Part shown: positions 47,740 to 56,520 of the stretch, piece by piece
Layout of the letters: each line of letters begins with the position of its first letter
Numbering within the stretch: position 1 is the stretch's first letter
Virus record (IMG/VR): IMGVR_UViG_3300009432_000017
Origin: an uncultured virus (IMG/VR IMGVR_UViG_3300009432_000017)
Taxonomy: Duplodnaviria > Heunggongvirae > Uroviricota > Caudoviricetes > Schitoviridae
Reading direction: 5' to 3' (one strand)
Length of the DNA: 64,000 bases
The notes under the pieces: model-generated
Seen by the model: only the letters and a program-made list of their open reading frames with translations
Told to the model about the DNA's origin: nothing
Databases searched by the model: none
Made by a program: the position numbers and the translations under genes

Positions 47740-49905
47740 TTATGCTGCTCGCTTGTTATAAGCTTTGCGTACTGATTGCATAATGGTAGATAGGATCTCT
47801 TCCTCTGAGAGTTTGTCCGGTATCTTCTCGTTCAGAGCAAAGATTGCTTGCTCTGTTTGAGTCACTGTTTTGCCTGAGTCTACAAGTAGCAAACCAAACT
47901 TAATAAGTTGGTTCGACCTGTTACCTAGTCCAGTGTTATTTACAAACCAGCGTTCAAGGTTAGATAGAGATTGTTGGTCTACTAACTTATTTTTACGCTT
48001 CTCGTTTTTACTGGTCTTAGGGATGAACTCAAGAGGGTTAAACAGTATGCCATCATTCTCTACTAGTGTGCTCGACAGACTTAACCACTTGCGGCTACGC
48101 TGTCCCGTACCATCATCTACTGCAAATGGTAACCAGTCATAGATAGCCTGCATGAACTCTTTGTAGTCAGGGCCATCTAGTTTGAGGATGTATTGCATAG
48201 GCATGATAATGCGGTACCTATCTTCACCATCTAGCCCATGGCGCTTAGTAGTGTAGAAGAATGATTTGTAATCCTTCAACAACTCCTGTGCAGTTTGCAT
48301 AGGCACATCACCATCCACATCGATAACCAGTAAACTAAAGCCAGGTTTACATTTGTCTTCACATCTGTGGTTATCTAATAAGTGGTGGGTAACCCAGTGC
48401 ATATCAGGCATTTGAGTAAGCTTACCTACGTTATCCCAGCTAATGTTCTCGCTGAGGTAGTTGTAAGCCACATGGTTTGAATAAGATACGTTTAGGCTTT
48501 CCAAGTCAGTTTCTTTCAGGCTTTCACCTTTAAGGAACTCAATACCATCATTATAGATTTTCTTAATGATGATGTTGTTTTGGTAACCATAGGCTATGGC
48601 CATAGTAAGCATCTCTGCTTTTTGCTGTAGATTACCTTTATAGAAAGGTAAGTCCTCTACCAGCTCAACCTGAGTTACTTGCCTTGGTATATCACCAAGA
48701 TACTTGGCTAACTTAACGTAAGGTCTATCACGGGTGATTAACTTAGCAAAATCTTTACCAGAGTCCTCAACAACTGCTATGGCGTTGTACAAGTGGTCTT
48801 CAGTGACGATAGGGCTGTTATCAATGAAAGCATATGTAGCTGCAAGCTTAAGTGCTTTAAACCAACGGTGCTCCATTTCAATGCGCTTAACAACATCAAA
48901 CTCAGACATCTCTGCTGCACGGTCTTGGCAGTACATGGTGTACTCAATACGCAGCATCTCCTCATCTTTGTTAAGGTTAATTTGCTTCTTGTAGTTAATT
49001 GGATCAGCCAGGTCTAATAGATGCTCTGCCAACTCTTCAATGAACTGAAAGGATTGCTGTGAAGCATTACGCTTCATAATATCCTCAGCAGTTAAATCAA
49101 GTGAACGGTGTACGTCTTTAGTAAATGCAAAAATACATCTACGAGCGTAGCCTTTTTCTAACATGGCATTAAATTCATCTTCTTTCTTAGAACCATCTAG
49201 CAATGAGCTAGGAGTACCAAACATAATCAGGTTACATGGCGTTTGGCCATTTATCTCAGATAGTCTGGTATTCTCTTTGGTATTTTTAGTAAGAGATTCT
49301 TTAACTTTACCTTTGTCGTACAACTCAAGATATTTAGAGAAAGCTTCACTGTTACCAGTAAGGTTGTCTCCAATCTCATCTATCTCAAAGTTAAGTGAGC
49401 CAGCATCAGCTAGTAGAAGTTTATGTCTGAATTGCTTCAGTGCGGGTGCAGTGGCATTATCAAATGAACTTAACCATTGTCCTGACGCTTTGAACTCAGT
49501 ACACAAGGCCTGAAACTCTGCATCTGGATCTGTATTGTTCTTGGCTGCTCTTTCCACGGATAACTTCGCTAAATGCAGCTCAGTGGCATAGGGGAGCAGC
49601 TCGTCTTTGAATCGCTCTGTATATAGAGCACAAACTTCCTCTTCTAAGAAGTTCATAGCTTTTGTCTTTCCGGCGCCTGATGGTGCCAACGCAACTGCAT
49701 ACATATTAATAGGTAAAAGCTTATTGGTGTGCGTTCTCACACTGGCTCTCATCTGAGCTGCAATCTTACCAAAGAAGTAAGATACCAACATTCTGAAGAA
49801 CACTGGGCTGTCATTCTCACAGTGTCCTGATAAGTGCTGTGCTAATTTCTCAGCAACAGGGTGGTACTTTATTTTTGCTGGGTCAAATACGGTTAGTTGT
49901 CTCAC
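47740..49905 (-). CDS. DNA primase (N4 gp43-like)
   Basis: APSGAGKT P-loop, EIDEIG, C-terminal AEP-like IDVDG...YTTKRH...RYR, PriCT-like GNRSNQL. Confidence 0.88.
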   Translation of the reverse strand: MRQLTVFDPAKIKYHPVAEKLAQHLSGHCENDSPVFFRMLVSYFFGKIAAQMRASVRTHTNKLLPINMYAVALAPSGAGKTKAMNFLEEEVCALYTERFKDELLPYATELHLAKLSVERAAKNNTDPDAEFQALCTEFKASGQWLSSFDNATAPALKQFRHKLLLADAGSLNFEIDEIGDNLTGNSEAFSKYLELYDKGKVKESLTKNTKENTRLSEINGQTPCNLIMFGTPSSLLDGSKKEDEFNAMLEKGYARRCIFAFTKDVHRSLDLTAEDIMKRNASQQSFQFIEELAEHLLDLADPINYKKQINLNKDEEMLRIEYTMYCQDRAAEMSEFDVVKRIEMEHRWFKALKLAATYAFIDNSPIVTEDHLYNAIAVVEDSGKDFAKLITRDRPYVKLAKYLGDIPRQVTQVELVEDLPFYKGNLQQKAEMLTMAIAYGYQNNIIIKKIYNDGIEFLKGESLKETDLESLNVSYSNHVAYNYLSENISWDNVGKLTQMPDMHWVTHHLLDNHRCEDKCKPGFSLLVIDVDGDVPMQTAQELLKDYKSFFYTTKRHGLDGEDRYRIIMPMQYILKLDGPDYKEFMQAIYDWLPFAVDDGTGQRSRKWLSLSSTLVENDGILFNPLEFIPKTSKNEKRKNKLVDQQSLSNLERWFVNNTGLGNRSNQLIKFGLLLVDSGKTVTQTEQAIFALNEKIPDKLSEEEILSTIMQSVRKAYNKRAA

Positions 49906-49906
49906 G

Positions 49907-50884
49907 TTAGCCTCTTAGTATAAGTTCACCACTAGCGATTAACCTGTCCTTTTGTTTACAGACAGGAAATGCATCGCAGTATTTACATGCGGTTACGTCA
50001 CCACCTTTTTTAACCACAACACCGCCTTTAAGTGAGGCTTCTAAATCAGCAGCCATTTGGGTGTCAAAGTTCTTAGTGGAACGTATCATTTTTTCTGGAT
50101 TCTTGTAGTACTTCCAGACATCGGCTTTACGCCACAGATCTTTGTCTGAACACTCAGGAATATCTGCTTCATCAGTATCGATATACTTTTTAATATCAGC
50201 TATTTTTCCTCTAATAAAAGATTCGGTAGCTGCTACAGTTTTAAGGGGTAGACGGTACTCAAGGGTGCTAGCATTAGGATACTTGGGTTCTTTGGTACGA
50301 GTAGCCTGCCAGTCTTTAAATATAAACTGTATCGCCATCTCGTCCCGAGTAATGATGTCAGGGTTAAGCCAACGATAAATACTCCCTTGCATGATGTATT
50401 TGTCATCATTGGTTTTATTAATATAGGTGTAGACTGATGTGTTTTTTAAATCTTCTACGCGTCCTTCACCTACAAAGTCAAACTTACCTGAGATAATAAA
50501 GCCATCTATTTCTTTCTCTGAGCGTAGCTCTAGATAGACTGGTATTGTGTCCTCAGTTAAGTCTTCAGGTGCTGGGTTTACTTTAACCTTGTCTATGACC
50601 CTATCAGGGATCCCTAAGTTACTTAGGCCTTGCTTGTAGTTATTTACCCAAGCATTCTCTAATCCATCGTGCACTGCTGTACCTGTTCTAGACGGTATGA
50701 GCGCAGCTACGTCTGGGACGTTAACGCTTTTGTCTACTCTTTTAGTGAGAACAAGCTGACGTATTGGCTTAAGTAATGATGTAGCTGATATGTGGTTTTC
50801 ACGGTTATCGTGGTCGTAGGTGTCATGAGCTAACCATACTGCTACAGACAGCGGTATGTTGCTATTATTGGTATAGGCAGGCAT
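49907..50884 (-). CDS. PD-(D/E)XK exonuclease (N4 gp42-like)
   Basis: SATSLLKP, GTAVHD, ISGKFD...DLK, C-terminal CKYC...C. Confidence 0.88.
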   Translation of the reverse strand: MPAYTNNSNIPLSVAVWLAHDTYDHDNRENHISATSLLKPIRQLVLTKRVDKSVNVPDVAALIPSRTGTAVHDGLENAWVNNYKQGLSNLGIPDRVIDKVKVNPAPEDLTEDTIPVYLELRSEKEIDGFIISGKFDFVGEGRVEDLKNTSVYTYINKTNDDKYIMQGSIYRWLNPDIITRDEMAIQFIFKDWQATRTKEPKYPNASTLEYRLPLKTVAATESFIRGKIADIKKYIDTDEADIPECSDKDLWRKADVWKYYKNPEKMIRSTKNFDTQMAADLEASLKGGVVVKKGGDVTACKYCDAFPVCKQKDRLIASGELILRG

Positions 50885-50958
50885 ATATAGTTCTCTGTAC
50901 ATTGAAATCATTAAACCCAACGGACGTTGGGCTTATAAGTGGGTTTACGGGTAGGAGT

Positions 50959-51396
50959 TTACTTACTTAGTTCTTTCCACAATTCCTTGGCTTCATCTAA
51001 GTTGATACATTTTATTAGTGAAGGGTTAATCATAAAATATTTGTTATCAGGTACTAATTGGTATTTGCGTTGGTAACGCTTAATGACAGGTACAATAATC
51101 TTTGCATCTTTGAGTTGCTTAATGTACCTATAAAAAATTTGGTATGAAGAAGAAGATGTATCTCTAATCCTATCTAAAATAGGGTAAGAGCAAATACCTA
51201 CTTCTGATGTGTAATTATTCTTCAGCTCAATAAATAATACTTGAGCTGCAGGTGTAACTTTTACTAAGACATCGAGTAAGTCTTGTTTGTTGTATCCGTT
51301 GTTTAACGGCACAGTTAATTTAAAAGGTGGGGCAGGCGGTACTATCTTATCTAATGGTTTGAATAGAGTTTTAAACTTTTCATTAGGTATCAACAT
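50959..51396 (-). CDS. AT-rich winged-helix protein, RepL-like
   Basis: FYRYIKQLKDAKII...YFMINPSL resembles the RepL-type wHTH wing motif. Confidence 0.5.
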   Translation of the reverse strand: MLIPNEKFKTLFKPLDKIVPPAPPFKLTVPLNNGYNKQDLLDVLVKVTPAAQVLFIELKNNYTSEVGICSYPILDRIRDTSSSSYQIFYRYIKQLKDAKIIVPVIKRYQRKYQLVPDNKYFMINPSLIKCINLDEAKELWKELSK

Positions 51397-51519
51397 TATT
51401 AGTTACATCTCCAGAACGTTATAAATTACTTTAGCTATAACTATTGATCTTTACTGCTTTTTGCTTTACCGTAAAGACCTTCCCGACATATGCCCAGACC
51501 TACACCCCCCATATACTCT

Positions 51520-51715
51520 TATCAACTAATACTATATAAGTAAGTGCAAGTAAGCATACTACGTATACTTACTTGCACAATGCGAGCGCAGCGGAAGCAT
51601 TGTGCTTATTAAGTAATAACTATATAAGTAATAAAAGGGTAAACGTTTACGTAAGTAAACCTAGTTAATTAAGCTTAACTAAATTTAATTAATGGTACAT
51701 ATGTTGGTACATGAT
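51520..51715. other. AT-rich, palindrome-dense origin-like region
   Basis: Overlapping IRs GTGCAAGTAAG/CTTACTTGCAC and GCACAATGC/GCATTGTGC, direct repeat ACTATATAAGTAA twice, palindromes GTAAACGTTTAC and TTAATTAA. Confidence 0.5.
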
Positions 51716-51794
51716 ACCCAATTAGATTAATAATTCTACTAAAATCAGTCTAGTAAACTAACTTTAATAAGTCTGTCTGAGGAATCGAATTAGT

Positions 51795-52025
51795 TTAACT
51801 AGTTAAAACTCTTTCCTCAATCTCAATCATTTTATCTATAAAACGTTTAGCTTCTTCTCTGGTTTTAGAGTTAGGCAATTGCTCACCGGTAACTCTATGG
51901 GTAGATCTAAAAAAATCTATGTGTTCTGGTTTAGGGATTTTTTTAACTACGGCACGATGCTTATTAATATCAAAGTCTGAACCAGGAATGTACTGAGGAA
52001 TTATGTCGTACTTTTTATATCTCAT
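51795..52025 (-). CDS. Small basic hypothetical protein
   Basis: 76-aa ORF, ATG start. Confidence 0.55.
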   Translation of the reverse strand: MRYKKYDIIPQYIPGSDFDINKHRAVVKKIPKPEHIDFFRSTHRVTGEQLPNSKTREEAKRFIDKMIEIEERVLTS

Positions 52026-52209
52026 AAGTACTTATCTAATTTTTTCATGGCTATCAATGTACGGATTGTAAGTAGGGTAAAAACGGACATTTTTTTTCCT
52101 AATTGGTTAAATGATCTGCAGTCAGTCACTATATTGCAAAAAGATCTTGCACAGTGAATGTCGATGTATATAATGCTGCCCACATCAAGAGGTGAGCAGG
52201 AATATCTCT

Positions 52210-52512
52210 TGTTGGTACATATGATGGTATCAGACTTAGTTAGAAAACATAAAGTCCAATTAAAACATATGTTTAAGTAAGGTTTGTGCTGGCGGGTTCC
52301 GCCTCCAATCATTTATACGTGTAGTACCTTTAAAGTAGTTAAACCATTGTTTTACATAATAAATCTACCATTTGAGTAGATTTTTTTATGTCTGGAATTC
52401 GTACGCATTCGCCTAAATCCGCAAAATGTGTTGGTATTTATGTTGGTACATTTCAGAATTGTGGCGCATAGTGGTAAATGTACCAACAAACCTATAATTA
52501 AATGTACCAACA
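52210..52512. mobile_element. attP-like site: arm-type boxes flanking a tRNA-3'-end core
   Basis: TGTTGGTACAT at 52210 and 52441, variants at 52222 and 52429, inverted ATGTACCAACA at 52478 and 52502; core CGGGTTCCGCCTCCA at 52293-52307; directly upstream of the integrase. Confidence 0.8.
52361..52387 (+). terminator. Terminator downstream of the att core
   Basis: AAATCTAC-CATTTGA-GTAGATTT-TTTT. Confidence 0.7.
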
Positions 52513-52534
52513 AAAGTACATAAGGAATTGACCG

Positions 52535-53803
52535 ATGCCCTTAACTAACTTGGCTTTGGCTAACGCCACGCCAAGAGATAAAGATTATAAGCTGTCTGAT
52601 GGGAAAGGACTGTATTTACTGGTTAAGAAGAATGGTAGTAAATACTGGAGATGGTCATATCGACATGATGGTAAGCAACGGACTATGGCCTTGGGTGTTT
52701 ATCCTGAAGTGGGTGCTAAGACAGTTCGTGAACGTCATACTGAATTAAGAGTAATTTTAGCTACTGGCTCAGATCCTCAGGAGCACTCTAAACAAGTAAA
52801 GTTAGATAAAGTCAAACAAAATGAAAAAGGTGTCATGTTCCATGATGTCTTAGACACTTGGTTTGAAGACTGGAAAACTGAGTACCACGGTAAGACTATT
52901 GTGCGTAACAGTGGGATCATAGATAACTGGATCAAACCATTCACCATAGACCTCCAAGCCAAGGATATGAACGGTACTATTGTCATTGGCTTGATACGTA
53001 GGTTAGAAGCCCTTGATAAGCGTCCTACAGCTCATAAGACTTACACTATTCTCAAGCAGATGTTTGCTTGGTGTATTGCAGAGCCCACCATACCTATTGA
53101 CCGTAATTGGGCCATGGACATTGGTGAACTGAGAAAGCCATTATTAGAGAGTCACTACGCAGCTATGGTGACACCTAAAGAGATAGGTGGCCTGTTGCAC
53201 TCGATAGCAACAAGTAGCTCATTCTGGCTTACTAAGCTCGCTATGCGGTTATCATTACATTGGTTTATCAGACCAGGAGAACTCCGTAATCTGAAGTGGA
53301 GTGATGTTAACTGGGACATGGAGTGTGTTCAGATTGATGCCGAAGATATGAAAAAGACTAAAACGGTTCAAGAGCACTGGGTACCTTTAACTAAACAAAC
53401 TAAAGAAATGCTGTTATTCATCAAACACAACGGCTACGCCTCTGTGTTTGTGTTTCCTTCTGTTAGGACCCTTTGTAAACCAATAAGTGAAAATACAGTT
53501 AATACTGCATTAAAAAGTATGGGCTTCAAAGGTAAGCAAACTGCACACGGCCTCAGAGCCACAGCTAGGACACTATTAGAAGAAGAATTAGGTGAGAATG
53601 CTTTATATGTAGAGCATCAGCTAGCGCACGTAGTGCGTGACGCTAATGGTAGAGCTTACAACCGTACTACTATGCTAGATGAGCGCAGAGAGATGCTACA
53701 ACGTTGGTCTAACTACCTAGATGAGTTGGAGTATAAAGCTACTTACGGTATAGTTATCCAATCCAAGTATGAAACTGCATTAAATAAAAAGGAAGTCGAA
53801 TGA
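52535..53803 (+). CDS. int: Tyrosine integrase, P4/IntA-like
   Basis: Arm-binding N-terminus (DGKGLYLLV..GSKYWR..YR..GKQ..MALGVYP), catalytic RPGE, K, HGLR, QLAH, AYNR; AAGGA RBS. Confidence 0.96.
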   Translation: MPLTNLALANATPRDKDYKLSDGKGLYLLVKKNGSKYWRWSYRHDGKQRTMALGVYPEVGAKTVRERHTELRVILATGSDPQEHSKQVKLDKVKQNEKGVMFHDVLDTWFEDWKTEYHGKTIVRNSGIIDNWIKPFTIDLQAKDMNGTIVIGLIRRLEALDKRPTAHKTYTILKQMFAWCIAEPTIPIDRNWAMDIGELRKPLLESHYAAMVTPKEIGGLLHSIATSSSFWLTKLAMRLSLHWFIRPGELRNLKWSDVNWDMECVQIDAEDMKKTKTVQEHWVPLTKQTKEMLLFIKHNGYASVFVFPSVRTLCKPISENTVNTALKSMGFKGKQTAHGLRATARTLLEEELGENALYVEHQLAHVVRDANGRAYNRTTMLDERREMLQRWSNYLDELEYKATYGIVIQSKYETALNKKEVE

Positions 53804-53908
53804 AAAATTATTATTAAGCTTAGTTGTTATCGGTGCCACTGCTTGCAGCAGCGCACCTAAACGTGAAGTAATTCCTGGTACCGTTGTACAGGTTGTCACT
53901 CGTTGTAA

Positions 53909-54142
53909 TTAATCCCTGGATTGAATACGAGCGTCGACCCATTTCTGTACTTCACTGTCTACCCATCCTACGGCTTTACCAGTTATAGGAACTGGCTTAG
54001 GGAATGAACCTTCCCTAATTAGTTTATGCAGTGTTGTGTGACCAATGCCGGTTACATGAAGTACTTCTGGTTTGCGTAGTAAGCGAGTGAGAGGAATTAC
54101 CTTACCCTCTAAATTATTCTGTGATTCGATTGATTCAAACAT
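53909..54142 (-). CDS. alpA: AlpA-family excisionase / recombination directionality factor
   Basis: LLRKPEVLHVTGIGHTTLHKLIREGSFPKPV.I..KAVGW..SEV..W. Confidence 0.9.
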   Translation of the reverse strand: MFESIESQNNLEGKVIPLTRLLRKPEVLHVTGIGHTTLHKLIREGSFPKPVPITGKAVGWVDSEVQKWVDARIQSRD

Positions 54143-54157
54143 TTTACGTCCTCAACG

Positions 54158-54190
54158 AAAAAAGCCACCTTATTAGGGTGGCTTTTATTT
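54158..54190. terminator. Bidirectional terminator
   Basis: AAAAAGCCACC-TTATTAG-GGTGGCTTTT. Confidence 0.8.
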
Positions 54191-54356
54191 ATTAGTTAGT
54201 TTTACTGTTCAGGCATGTGTGTGGCCATTTGTAGTACATAGGTACACGATTAAACATGCTACTTTTGTATATTCTTATATAAAATTGATACGACCTGAAG
54301 GGGTCTTTAAGCACGGATGCAAGGGCTGGTATCACCGCCTATACTACGAGGAATCT

Positions 54357-55229
54357 TTAGCCTACCACAGTATGACCTGGAATAAGTTGTCTTTGTTGTA
54401 CCCACTCACAGGCATTACCAGACCATACTTGTTTTGAAGCATCCACATGAGTAAATCCTAATTTAGCTGCCTTAGCTAAGGTTAGACCTTTAGAGTTAAC
54501 TGCTTTGAATTGGTGCTCAAATGGTGATGCGTGAACTCGGTCACCTGAAGTAAGCATGTTTACTATTTTTTCTGCTTTTTCTAATGAGGTATCCAGTACC
54601 CTGTAACTGACCTGTGCACAACTGGATGTTGATATATAGTTCAATTCTTTTAAGGTGAACTGGTCTTTTATAATATTAGGTATGTAAGGTAAATGCCATT
54701 CACCCCACTGTAATAATTTTGGTTTGTTAGTAAGAAGGGCTTTTGATACCAAATTACCTAACACCTGTAATTCGGGCTGAGCATCAATGTGGTTGCGTAA
54801 CCATACAAAATTGTTCCACTCACTACCTGAGATAACAATCTTCATTAAAGCCCATGGTTCGAGGATCCGGTTAATGTATTGTTTGTGTAAGCCAAGCTTT
54901 TCTAAGCCCCAATGGAACATACAAGCTGTTCTAGCTGCACTTTTCCATAACCAACCTGCTACTTTACCTCTACGGCTGCTGAGGGTAGCTTTGGCAGACA
55001 TACCAGCCTGGTTCTTAGACCATTCAACTGGCATTGCTGGGTTATCCCAAACTTGCTTACGTACTTTCTTAGCAGGGATAGCACGACTACTTGCTGCATT
55101 CTTTGAAAGGGCTCTGTGAGTCATTACTTCACTGTGGATAAATCGTGGGTATTCCCACTCAAATGAAGCCACTGTTTTACCATTTGGGTTAACAGAATAG
55201 GCTAATAAACTTACTGTAATAAATGACAT
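54357..55229 (-). CDS. thyX: Flavin-dependent thymidylate synthase (phage ThyX-type)
   Basis: YPRFIHSEVMTHR..S.NAASSRAIP, LR....AQPE, CAQVSY, HASPFEH. Confidence 0.88.
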   Translation of the reverse strand: MSFITVSLLAYSVNPNGKTVASFEWEYPRFIHSEVMTHRALSKNAASSRAIPAKKVRKQVWDNPAMPVEWSKNQAGMSAKATLSSRRGKVAGWLWKSAARTACMFHWGLEKLGLHKQYINRILEPWALMKIVISGSEWNNFVWLRNHIDAQPELQVLGNLVSKALLTNKPKLLQWGEWHLPYIPNIIKDQFTLKELNYISTSSCAQVSYRVLDTSLEKAEKIVNMLTSGDRVHASPFEHQFKAVNSKGLTLAKAAKLGFTHVDASKQVWSGNACEWVQQRQLIPGHTVVG

Positions 55230-55738
55230 TAATTGTTTTCTCTTAATTCATTGAAAGTGCCATTAACTAGATCTTGGTATTGGTCGACAGGTACGAGTAC
55301 CCATTTAGGTAACCGATTATGGTTTACCACCACTACACTGTCTTCTGTGATGTGGCCATCTCCTACAGCCTGTCTTAACTCAGTAAGAGACATATTAGGT
55401 GCACGGATACCCAATCTAGGTAAGGAACGTATGTTGTATAGACGCATTTTTGTATAGATAACTTGAAGGCTGTAACCAACTACTTCAGCTATTTCTTCTA
55501 CGCTGTAACCGTTGATCCATAGTGCAGACATATCTGCTTGGAGTTTGGCTTTCCTAATTTCACAACCACTTACTAAGCCCCACCTGTTTCTTCTACACCA
55601 AATAGTGTCAGGAGTGACTTTGTAAATTTTTGCTATTTCCTGGTCTGAGGTACCATCATTAACTAGAGTAGTGATGTGTTCTCTATCTGAATCGAAAGGT
55701 GCTTTCCTAAGCTCGATATTTGGGGAAGTTCTTGCCAT
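55229..55738 (-). CDS. Tandem HTH protein with C-terminal Phd/YefM-like domain
   Basis: SDQEIAKIYKVTPDTI and SVEEIAEVVGYSLQVI HTHs; MSLTELR...VVVVNHNRLPKWVLVPVDQYQDL. Confidence 0.7.
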   Translation of the reverse strand: MARTSPNIELRKAPFDSDREHITTLVNDGTSDQEIAKIYKVTPDTIWCRRNRWGLVSGCEIRKAKLQADMSALWINGYSVEEIAEVVGYSLQVIYTKMRLYNIRSLPRLGIRAPNMSLTELRQAVGDGHITEDSVVVVNHNRLPKWVLVPVDQYQDLVNGTFNELRENN

Positions 55739-55842
55739 GTAATTGATCTACTTGAAAGGAACTTTTACTTATTAGTTGCAAACGCCCTAACAAGTAAGAG
55801 TCTTGTTTAGAAGGGATCAGTGTGTCTGCTAGAACAGGAAGG

Positions 55843-56058
55843 TTATTCTTGTATTTTATTCTTATGGTAGTGGGCGTGATCATTGGCACAATCAACATCA
55901 CAAAATAGTTTCTGAACATCCATTGGCTCATTACACCAGTAGCAATCACCTCTGGGTTTTAAACCCTGGGTAGTATTCCTAATGTTTTCTATGGCTTGGG
56001 CGTTCATGCGCTCTTGTTCTGCACAAGCTGCATCGATTAGGTCAGGGTAGCTATTCAC
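55843..56058 (-). CDS. TraR/DksA-like zinc-finger protein
   Basis: GTG start 56058 with AGGAG RBS; DLIDAA (DxxDxA) plus CYWC...FCDVDC. Confidence 0.65.
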   Translation of the reverse strand: MNSYPDLIDAACAEQERMNAQAIENIRNTTQGLKPRGDCYWCNEPMDVQKLFCDVDCANDHAHYHKNKIQE

Positions 56059-56347
56059 CGCCTCTCTCCTTATATGCTGCCTCGGCGCCAAGAGCAAAGT
56101 AAGCTGAACCACCTTCATAGTTGTCAAGTTTGAAACCTCCTTGCTGGGTACGCACAGCTTTAAGTATTACCATAAATAACCAGCCTTGTTCTTCGCTAAG
56201 CTCAGAGCCTGTTATAGTGTTAAATGCTTTAACAGTATTGGCCATAGAGCGTTCACCCTTACCTTTACTGTCGTAGGTGGTGCCTTTATCTACTAAATGG
56301 CTTTGTGCGGTTTGTAGTACTTCTGCCGCAACTACAGGATTGCCCAT
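56051..56347 (-). CDS. DUF6378-like phage protein
   Basis: ERSM..TV.AFN.ITG..LSE.QGW.FM.ILK.VR....DNY....AY.AL. Confidence 0.75.
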   Translation of the reverse strand: MGNPVVAAEVLQTAQSHLVDKGTTYDSKGKGERSMANTVKAFNTITGSELSEEQGWLFMVILKAVRTQQGGFKLDNYEGGSAYFALGAEAAYKERGGE

Positions 56348-56520
56348 TCTATTACCCCTTTTATTGGTTTGTTATCTAGTGATCTGTAGTCAGGATCTGA
56401 CGAGTAAGAAGTAGCGTAGTTAGGCCTTATGGCTACATACTCTCCGTCAACTGTCCTAACAAGTAGCTTTATAAGTGGTGTCGGGAAAGTACTGGCAGGA
56501 TGCCATTTACGTTTATTCAT
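56332..56520 (-). CDS. Hypothetical protein
   Basis: 62-aa ORF overlapping both neighbours in the operon. Confidence 0.7.
   Translation of the reverse strand: MNKRKWHPASTFPTPLIKLLVRTVDGEYVAIRPNYATSYSSDPDYRSLDNKPIKGVIEWAIL

Noticed and set aside
52288..52296. GCTGGCGGG match to the reverse complement of the tmRNA 3' end
   Set aside because: Only 9 bp and lacking the CCA end. The forward-strand tRNA-like parse is longer and fits the terminator and int orientation.
52293..52307. Complete tRNA gene
   Set aside because: Only the last 15 nt are present, with no D, anticodon or T loop upstream. No full tRNA was recognised anywhere in the window.
52022..52312. 96-aa minus-strand ORF
   Set aside because: It overlaps the att core and arm boxes, has no RBS and an implausible composition, and would be broken by integration.
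54219..54437. 72-aa plus-strand ORF and the 55707..55949 minus-strand ORF
   Set aside because: They overlap better-supported genes, lack an RBS and show no recognisable features.
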